Below are positions 57,557 to 64,000 of a stretch of DNA of 64,000 nt, piece after piece. Position 1 is the first letter of the stretch, and the number at the start of each line of letters is the position of its first letter. The translations under genes were made by a program, and so were the position numbers. The notes beneath the pieces are model-generated. The model was given only the letters and a program-made list of their open reading frames with translations, did not search any database and was not told the DNA's origin. The stretch is from a virus, in the IMG/VR virus record IMGVR_UViG_3300021091_005330, positions 1-64,000 of that record; one strand, 5' to 3'.

Positions 57557-57561
57557 TTAAT

Positions 57562-57726
57562 ATGCCCAAAGTAAAAAAGAGTAAATATTATGCTATATAT
57601 TCTAAAAATGATAACTTTTTACATGGAGTATTCCCATTATCAAAAGATGGACTAAAATGTGCAAAGGCATATATAGGTAAAATAGCTCCTAAAAATCAAA
57701 AAAATTACTACATAGAGACAAAATAA
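57562..57726 (+). CDS. Small basic hypothetical protein (54 aa, below ORF-track cutoff)
   Basis: MPKVKKSKYYAIYSKNDNFLHGVFPLSKDGLKCAKAYIGKIAPKNQKNYYIETK* fills the gap exactly. Confidence 0.65.
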   Translation: MPKVKKSKYYAIYSKNDNFLHGVFPLSKDGLKCAKAYIGKIAPKNQKNYYIETK

Positions 57727-57742
57727 GTGTAATGTTATAGTA

Positions 57743-58342
57743 ATGAAAAAAACTATTTTTGAAGTTGATTTTGTTTCGTTTTCAGCCGAAGAAAAAAAGA
57801 AAAAAGCTCTTAATAAACCCTTTAGACTTCCAAAAGGTAGTAATAAAAAATTTGGAGTATATGTTAAAAATGATAAAGGTAATGTAGTAGTCGTTAAGTT
57901 TGGCGATCCAAATATGGAAATTAAAAGAGATAATCCAGAAAGAAGAAAAGCTTATAGAGCAAGACATAATTGCTCAAATCCTGGTCCTAAATGGAAAGCA
58001 AATTATTGGAGTTGTAAAATGTGGAGCGCAAAACCTGTTAGTAAGGTAGCTGGGTCTTGTGGCAAACCAGGATGTGGATCAAGCGAGGATTCTGAATCCA
58101 CTTTAGAGATAGATCTTCAAGCTAAAAACAAAGGTCTTTGGCACAACATTAGAGAAAAGAAAAAAAGAATGGGAAAAAATTATAAACCAGCAAAACCAGG
58201 TTCACCAGATCGCCCAAAGAAAGACGCTTGGGAAAAAGCTCAAGGCGAATACGAATGGGATGGTGAAGAAGAATTTAATCAAGAAGAATTTTTAAAATTA
58301 GACCCTACATTAGCTAACGCAGAAATTATTGAAGAAGATTAA
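57743..58342 (+). CDS. Basic phage protein (DUF6321-like KFGDP...RARH.C...YWSC domain)
   Basis: VKFGDPNM..KRDNPERRKAYRARHNC...ANYWSCKMW; GLWHNIREKKKR module; GTGTAA at 57727-57732. Confidence 0.6.
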   Translation: MKKTIFEVDFVSFSAEEKKKKALNKPFRLPKGSNKKFGVYVKNDKGNVVVVKFGDPNMEIKRDNPERRKAYRARHNCSNPGPKWKANYWSCKMWSAKPVSKVAGSCGKPGCGSSEDSESTLEIDLQAKNKGLWHNIREKKKRMGKNYKPAKPGSPDRPKKDAWEKAQGEYEWDGEEEFNQEEFLKLDPTLANAEIIEED

Positions 58343-58364
58343 TTAGATTCGTGTAAATTACTGT

Positions 58365-58895
58365 ATGCTTGGCATTGGTGATTTAGAGTACCTATCGTAT
58401 AGAACTGGTTTAAGCGAAGAAAAAGTCATCTTGCTATCTGAGTCTCAAGAAGATTTAGATTTAATTATAAATGAATTAGCAAAAGAAGAAATAGAGGATG
58501 GTCTTTTACATATTAGTTTTGAACTTTTTACTAAGTTATATGTTTATAGAATAAGCTCAGAATTAGATTTTAAATTAAAAGAAAAAAGTTATGTTAGCTC
58601 TACTATTAGTTCTATATATCCCAAACTAGAAAAACACAAGATAGAAAACGTTACAATACAAGAAGACTGGGAAAGCTTGTGGAAGCCAGACGAAGAGATA
58701 GCAAAGTATTATTTTGTTTTATTAAGTATGTTTAAAGACAGCTTAGAAAGACGCAGGAGGTCTTATCCAAACTTAAATATGTTTTATTTAAAAGCTGTAG
58801 AGGGTTTTGAAAATTCAAACAAAAAAGAATTAGCGGCACATTTAAAAATTTGGATTAACTTGATGAGAAGAATGAAAGAAGAGTATTGGTTTTAA
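58365..58895 (+). CDS. Hypothetical protein
   Basis: 176-aa ORF; GTGTAA at 58351-58356. Confidence 0.7.
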   Translation: MLGIGDLEYLSYRTGLSEEKVILLSESQEDLDLIINELAKEEIEDGLLHISFELFTKLYVYRISSELDFKLKEKSYVSSTISSIYPKLEKHKIENVTIQEDWESLWKPDEEIAKYYFVLLSMFKDSLERRRRSYPNLNMFYLKAVEGFENSNKKELAAHLKIWINLMRRMKEEYWF

Positions 58896-58940
58896 AATAT
58901 AGATTGAACGTTTTTGCTTTAGTGTAATCTATACTAAATA

Positions 58941-59474
58941 GTGAATAGAATTAAAAGATTCTTCGCTTGGTTTGGATGGAAAAGTAAACTAACATTAGTA
59001 CTTTTAATAAATGGAGCGATAGCTTATGGCGCACTCCAATTTGGATTTAACTTAGCAAAGACCAGAAGCATATCCAAACTACCAAATTCTTGCTTTGTTG
59101 ATTCTGTTGTTTTTGCTTCTAACGCCAATTATATACTATCTGATGAAAATGTATGGGCGCAAGTTTTTGCTTTTCAATTTCATTATACAGATGAATTAGA
59201 TAGCACAAAGGTCATCTTTGATAAAAATTTGATAGAGTATGTAGTATCTATACCTAGACACAGAGGACATGCAATATGTGTTTTTGAGCATAAGGGCATG
59301 CTTTGGGTTTATGACAGCAATCATGGTACTATGCCAGTTGGAGTTGCTGGTAATAGAGCAGAATATCAAATAAGAGTTACAAAATGGATTGAAGAAAAAT
59401 ACAAAGCTATAGTTTTTAATAGTATATTAATAGATGATGATACAGAAAGAACTAAAGCATGGATAAAAGAATAA
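58941..59474 (+). CDS. N-anchored protein with putative Cys-His-Asp (transglutaminase/papain-like) triad
   Basis: TM helix, then NSCFVDS...GHAICVF...WVYDSN; GTGTAA at 58922-58927. Confidence 0.5.
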   Translation: MNRIKRFFAWFGWKSKLTLVLLINGAIAYGALQFGFNLAKTRSISKLPNSCFVDSVVFASNANYILSDENVWAQVFAFQFHYTDELDSTKVIFDKNLIEYVVSIPRHRGHAICVFEHKGMLWVYDSNHGTMPVGVAGNRAEYQIRVTKWIEEKYKAIVFNSILIDDDTERTKAWIKE

Positions 59475-59644
59475 CTAAATTAATTAGAGATGTTAAATTA
59501 ATAGCACCATCTTGCAATAACACTGAACAATTTATAGCTGAATTTTGGAAATATCACAAAAGAGAAAATAAGAAAAGAAACATCTTCTGGTTTTCACTTT
59601 TAGCTGTAATCTTCTTTATATGTTGGATACTATCAAAAAATTAA
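59459..59644 (+). CDS. Small membrane protein
   Basis: C-terminal TM helix; overlaps neighbours. Confidence 0.55.
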   Translation: MDKRITKLIRDVKLIAPSCNNTEQFIAEFWKYHKRENKKRNIFWFSLLAVIFFICWILSKN

Positions 59645-59907
59645 AGGATTGGTGGAATGGACTTGAATATTACGAAAAGTTCTTTTTTATTGTTTTTATT
59701 CCAGCTATTTTGTTTACAATTTACGGAATCAGCGATCTTTACCTTAATCATTTTGATCTTCTTTCTAAAGATCACCATATGGGATTTTTTCTTAGATTCT
59801 TTTTTCCGATCTCTTTAGCTCTTTTAGTTACTAGTTTAGAACGCAGAAGAAGGAACAAATTAGTTAAAGATATAAAAGAATATTTAGAAGATGAAAAAGA
59901 TCAGTAA
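59620..59907 (+). CDS. Two-TM membrane protein (holin-like candidate)
   Basis: Two hydrophobic helices, charged C-terminus. Confidence 0.45.
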   Translation: MLDTIKKLKDWWNGLEYYEKFFFIVFIPAILFTIYGISDLYLNHFDLLSKDHHMGFFLRFFFPISLALLVTSLERRRRNKLVKDIKEYLEDEKDQ

Positions 59908-61138
59908 AGTTGTGTCTCTTGGCGCAACTTATTATTATATGGAGATCTGGCTTACAACCCTAAAAGACAATCTAGTAGATCCAAGTTCTGAAAGATATGA
60001 TTGGATAAAGAAAAATATTAATTTATACCCCGAAATCAAAATAATACATTCTGTAGATGGTAGGAATAAAGACTTAGTTAAACTTGCTTTAAAAGAATCT
60101 GGATTAAATCTTTATCAACTTGGATTTAGAACTTACGGAACTTTAGCTGTTTTTTTAACAAAATTTTTAGCGTGGAAAAAACAAGTCAAAGATAATATTC
60201 CTTACGTATGTCTTATAGAAGACGACATAGAATTAAATGAAGCATTTTGGCCTTTTTTAGAAAGCAAAAAACATTTACTAGAAGATCCAAGCATCAACAT
60301 TGTAAGGCTTGGCGACTGGGGCGAAGCCTATTTAACTTCTTTGTCTTCCGCCAAAAGATTAATAGAGAAAATACAAAAAGATGGAATTTGGAGAAATATT
60401 GATGAACAATTATGGGAATGCGGAGAGTCGGTTGTAAACAAATCTATTGGCGGGGGTCAATCTGGAGTTCATTACGAAAATAGGTGGGTAAATGGCGTAT
60501 GGGAACATACAGGTTATCAAGAAAATATATTTAAGCTTTTAAAGCAAACAAATGAAGGTTTACCATTAAACACCCAACTCATAGACCAAGAACTTAGCGA
60601 AAGTTATTTTGCGGGTGGACCATTTGACATGAGAAAACGAGAAATTCAAGACATTTTAGAAAGCGTAACGTCTCCTAGTAATTATCTAACTTTTGGTCTT
60701 GGCTCTTCGGCTATTATACTATTGAAAAATTTAAAAGAGAATGAATCTCTTACAAGTTATGAATGGGGCGAAAGCTATCTTTCTTGTCTTAAATATAAAA
60801 ATAGTTTTAATATTACTGATGAAAAGTTTATGATAAATGATTTGTCTAAAAATGATCCTTCTTTGTTGGAAGATTTTATCAAAAAATGGGGGAAGTATGA
60901 TGAAGAAATACCAAATAAAATTTTATACGATTTAATAGCGATTGACTATAAAAAATATGATACTTACATCTTAGACGGTTTTTTAAGGGGTTTGACTACT
61001 TTTTTAGCTTTAAATAATAATTCCAAGGCAGAAGTATTCATCCACGATGCTTCTAGAGATTGGTACGATTGGCTAAAGGTTATATTTAATGTAGAGCATA
61101 TCTCTCAAGATATAATTAAAATTTTTAATAAAAAATAA
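59891..61138 (+). CDS. GT25 glycosyltransferase fused to a methyltransferase-like domain
   Basis: SVDG, CLIEDDI, EAYL, NID; C-terminal YLTFGLGSS..SYE..ILDGFLR..FIHDASR. Confidence 0.7.
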   Translation: MKKISKVVSLGATYYYMEIWLTTLKDNLVDPSSERYDWIKKNINLYPEIKIIHSVDGRNKDLVKLALKESGLNLYQLGFRTYGTLAVFLTKFLAWKKQVKDNIPYVCLIEDDIELNEAFWPFLESKKHLLEDPSINIVRLGDWGEAYLTSLSSAKRLIEKIQKDGIWRNIDEQLWECGESVVNKSIGGGQSGVHYENRWVNGVWEHTGYQENIFKLLKQTNEGLPLNTQLIDQELSESYFAGGPFDMRKREIQDILESVTSPSNYLTFGLGSSAIILLKNLKENESLTSYEWGESYLSCLKYKNSFNITDEKFMINDLSKNDPSLLEDFIKKWGKYDEEIPNKILYDLIAIDYKKYDTYILDGFLRGLTTFLALNNNSKAEVFIHDASRDWYDWLKVIFNVEHISQDIIKIFNKK

Positions 61139-61181
61139 ATTTATACAATTGAATTAACAGCTTATAGAGCCCCTCTTCTTT

Positions 61182-61322
61182 TTATCTCTTCTTCTGCAGT
61201 TTTTTTGTGATTGAATCATACGCTGGTTTAAGGCCTTTTGCTATTTTGAGAAGGTTTTCTCCGCTCATTCCTTTAGGAAGATTTAAATAGCCTCCAGGAA
61301 ATATACCGCCTACTTTGCTCAA
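61182..61322 (-). CDS. Possible short hypothetical protein
   Basis: Non-overlapping part of ORF 61182..61451, from TTG 61322 (MSKVGGIFPGGYLNLPKG...); start uncertain. Confidence 0.35.
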   Translation of the reverse strand: MSKVGGIFPGGYLNLPKGMSGENLLKIAKGLKPAYDSITKKLQKKR

Positions 61323-61402
61323 TCCGTCTTTATCATTTGGTGGAAAAATTATAAAAGAAAATTTTGATTTGAGCGACTTAAATAAAGTGTAATTTAAATA
61401 TA

Positions 61403-62335
61403 ATGAGAATAAAAGGCGCGAGAATAAAAGGCACAAAACAATTAGGCTCATTTAAAAGAGATATAAATTCATATAATAATCTTAAACTTTTTCCTAATCT
61501 TCCTAAATCTATACTAGATAATAATTCTTTATCCCCTTATCATCAATTTATAGATCTGCCTACTGCTAATGGGATACCCAAATGGACAGAAAGTGCACCA
61601 GTTGGTTGGCAGCAATCTGCACCATATTATAATGTATTTTTAAAATTTTATTTAAAATCAAATGGTGGAGACGAAACAGTTCCTAATGGAGGCCAAAGAA
61701 TTCATGCTTTAAAAGCTGCTAGTTTTGGTTCAGCTTTAGGTAATCACAAAGCCAAGAATGTTACGAAGAATACTATTGGTACATCTAATCACGCTAATGA
61801 TTGGAGTTTAAGCACCATAAGGCGCACCGTCAATATTCCACCATCCCAAACATTTGTTAATTTTGGATGTTTTTATAAAGTTCTTAGTAAAGATCCTTTA
61901 AGACCATTAAATTTTGGTGCAATTGCTATACATTTCTCAAGACAAGGAGTAGCAAGTTATGTAAATTATTCAGTAATACATGGCGGAGAAGTTGATCTTC
62001 TTGGAAACAGCGCTACATATACATATTTAAATACTTATAATTCATCTAAAGTTAGGGAATCTTATCATCAATGGCTTGGTCAACCAATAATAAGATTTAG
62101 AAAACTTTCTCAAATAAATCAAAATTCAGTATTTAATCGATGGCAATTTCTAAATCATAAAGTCGTAATACCAACATTTCAATCCTCCCCATCAGAAGGC
62201 GATATAGTCGATGGTAAAGCGGATTCTTGTACGATTATGATATGTTTTGGAGAGAATAATAGTTACCTTGATGATGGTTCTGGTTTAAATACTGGCGCTG
62301 TTCAATTTTTATATCCATTTTTAAGTTTAACTTAA
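61403..62335 (+). CDS. Hypothetical (probable virion, jelly-roll-like) protein
   Basis: Beta-rich 310 aa; GTGTAA at 61387-61392. Confidence 0.55.
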   Translation: MRIKGARIKGTKQLGSFKRDINSYNNLKLFPNLPKSILDNNSLSPYHQFIDLPTANGIPKWTESAPVGWQQSAPYYNVFLKFYLKSNGGDETVPNGGQRIHALKAASFGSALGNHKAKNVTKNTIGTSNHANDWSLSTIRRTVNIPPSQTFVNFGCFYKVLSKDPLRPLNFGAIAIHFSRQGVASYVNYSVIHGGEVDLLGNSATYTYLNTYNSSKVRESYHQWLGQPIIRFRKLSQINQNSVFNRWQFLNHKVVIPTFQSSPSEGDIVDGKADSCTIMICFGENNSYLDDGSGLNTGAVQFLYPFLSLT

Positions 62336-62360
62336 GCGGCGAGCGTTCAAATGCCTTAAT

Positions 62361-62435
62361 CTATTTAATTCTCTCTTTTAAATAAAGTATATAAAGCAAC
62401 ACAACACCACATAATAGCCAAGAAGATATACTCAT
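62361..62435 (-). CDS. 24-aa single-TM microprotein
   Basis: MSISSWLLCGVVLLYILYLKERIK*, 9 nt downstream of a minus-strand GTGTAA (62450-62445). Confidence 0.5.
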   Translation of the reverse strand: MSISSWLLCGVVLLYILYLKERIK

Positions 62436-62493
62436 ACCTATAACTTACACATAGAAATTATTGATTTTCTATGGTTACGATAATATAATTATT

Positions 62494-63384
62494 ATGAATT
62501 TAGAACTTCTTAAAAATCATCCATATATTTCGCCAGATATAAAAATAGAAAGATTTAATAGCCCATACAATTATATTGTAATAGATAATTTATTTAAAGA
62601 AGAAATATACAACTCAATGTGCGAACTATTTCCTAAATATATTGATCGCCAGAAAAAGCCAGCAGGAAAAATAGGAGACAGCGAAAGATTTTACAATGCT
62701 CTTATATATTCTATGAAAGAAGAAGATTGCAAAGGCGGATATGATTTTTTTACAAGTGAAATATGGAAAGATTTTATAGCAGAAACTTTTGGATTAATAT
62801 TAAATCAACATACTGCATATTCTTTGCATTTTCATAATGGATCTCCAGAAACTCCTTCTAAAAGCGGTTGGCCTCATGGAGATATAGCTGTTTGCTCTGT
62901 TATAGATGATCCATCTAAAAAGATTAAAATAGCAGCGCATGATTGCATATATGATGAAGACACAGAAGATCTTCAACCTCACACCAATAAAGTTGTAAGA
63001 CAAGTTGCGCTCTTGTATTATTTTAATAACAAAAAAGACTTACAAGAAGGAGATGGTGGAGGTACTGGCGTTTATACTTCTTATGATGAAGAAAGTCTTG
63101 TAAAAGAAGTTAAACCAATTAATAATCGTATATTTGCTTTCGAAGTGTGCCCACATTCTTATCATGGATTTATTGGAGCAAAGTTTGATAGATCATCTAT
63201 AGTTCAATGGTTTCACTCAAGCCCTTCTTACTTTTTATATAGAAATTTGGCGGGGATGAAAAACAGAGTTAAGAACAACTTAGAGTTTTTTGAAAGATGG
63301 AAGAAGGGTACGCTTTGGAATATTGAAAAAGATCCTTACTATTTTAAATATTTTAATAGTAGTTTAAAAGAGTTGTTAAAGTGA
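62494..63384 (+). CDS. 2OG-Fe(II) oxygenase
   Basis: PYNYIVIDNLF, WPHGD, ALLYY, NNRIFAF..SYHG..R; ATG 62494 follows TTGATT-17-TATAAT (ORF track TTG 62461 is the -35 element). Confidence 0.8.
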   Translation: MNLELLKNHPYISPDIKIERFNSPYNYIVIDNLFKEEIYNSMCELFPKYIDRQKKPAGKIGDSERFYNALIYSMKEEDCKGGYDFFTSEIWKDFIAETFGLILNQHTAYSLHFHNGSPETPSKSGWPHGDIAVCSVIDDPSKKIKIAAHDCIYDEDTEDLQPHTNKVVRQVALLYYFNNKKDLQEGDGGGTGVYTSYDEESLVKEVKPINNRIFAFEVCPHSYHGFIGAKFDRSSIVQWFHSSPSYFLYRNLAGMKNRVKNNLEFFERWKKGTLWNIEKDPYYFKYFNSSLKELLK

Positions 63385-64000
63385 AAAAAGACATTATTAT
63401 TGTAGATGATTTTTATGAAAATCCAATTGAAGTAAGGCAGTATGCTTTAAAAGAATTAAGAGAAAAAGCGTATCGTCCATATAACGATGAACCTTCTAGT
63501 TGGTTTGCCACACCTTTTAAAGAATCCAAAGACTGTCCTTTTAAAAGTTCAAAAGAACTTATATCTAAGTTGGAATTTTTAATAGGAGAAACCATAGATT
63601 TAGAACATTGGAATAGTACTTTTGATCCATATTTTAATGGAGAGGTCTCTTCAAAAAGCACTAGATGGAATTGTTGTTTTCATTTTAAGCCTATTTGTCC
63701 TACAGAAAAACCTGGAAATAGAGTACATACTCATTGTGTTAATCCTAAGAATAGCTGGAATAACGTAGGATATAAAAATTGGGCAGGACTAATTTATTTA
63801 AATCCTTTACAGCCTTTGAATGCGGGCTTAATGAATTTTACACACATTCATGGAAAAGAAATGAATAATAAAGAATATATGTTTACGGATGTGCCTATAA
63901 ATCCAGAATCTAGATGGAAATGGGTAGATTCATTTGGAGCAGTTTTTAATAGGTTGATTTTAGAAAGATCAGACATACCTCATCAAGGAGCTAACGGGTT
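63381..64000 (+). CDS. DUF6445-like 2OG-Fe(II) oxygenase (3'-truncated by window edge)
   Basis: GTG 63381: IIIVDDFYENPIEVRQYAL ... VHTH ... WAGLIYLNP ... FNRLIL..H; open to the window end. Confidence 0.75.
   Translation, partial: MKKDIIIVDDFYENPIEVRQYALKELREKAYRPYNDEPSSWFATPFKESKDCPFKSSKELISKLEFLIGETIDLEHWNSTFDPYFNGEVSSKSTRWNCCFHFKPICPTEKPGNRVHTHCVNPKNSWNNVGYKNWAGLIYLNPLQPLNAGLMNFTHIHGKEMNNKEYMFTDVPINPESRWKWVDSFGAVFNRLILERSDIPHQGANG

Noticed and set aside
1-64000. Stop-codon reassignment
   Set aside because: Long ORFs tile the window under the standard code, and TAA, TAG and TGA all terminate genes at tight gene junctions

Overview
This 64-kb window is an AT-rich, gene-dense segment of a large tailed dsDNA bacteriophage (jumbo-phage-like, standard genetic code). 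The host cannot be determined from the sequence. (1) 1-19.2 kb, + strand: virion/tail-type genes with Ig-like, He_PIG and RCC1 repeats, including two proteins with long poly-proline stalks followed by Cys-rich tips. (2) 19.2-39.5 kb, mostly - strand: replication and recombination genes (Rad52/Sak-like SSAP, DNA polymerase III alpha split into PHP, exonuclease and catalytic genes, Cas4/RecB-like nuclease, primase, ThyX, DnaB, RecA) interleaved with glycosylation genes (GT4, GT9, GT34, DUF3431 x2, glf, gmd). (3) 39.6-39.9 kb: an unexplained, promoter-driven, highly structured non-coding segment. (4) 40-64 kb: nrdA/nrdB, a sigma factor, dNMP kinase, dCMP deaminase, GuaB/GuaC-like reductase, PurA, more glycosyltransferases, 2OG-Fe(II) oxygenases, an HNH endonuclease and a complete tmRNA. 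Two promoter classes are visible: sigma70-type TTGACA-17-TATAAT promoters placed to give leaderless mRNAs, and a recurrent GTGTAA element upstream of structural/late-type genes. The strongest novelty candidates are the pseudoknotted ncRNA at about 39630-39910, a putative virion glycosylation/hydroxyproline system (about 14 glyco-genes, prolyl-hydroxylase-like enzymes, extensin-like and [ST]-G-rich structural substrates), and the GTGTAA/AGGWAAAAGG regulatory code. Family assignments come from motif recognition by eye, not database searches.
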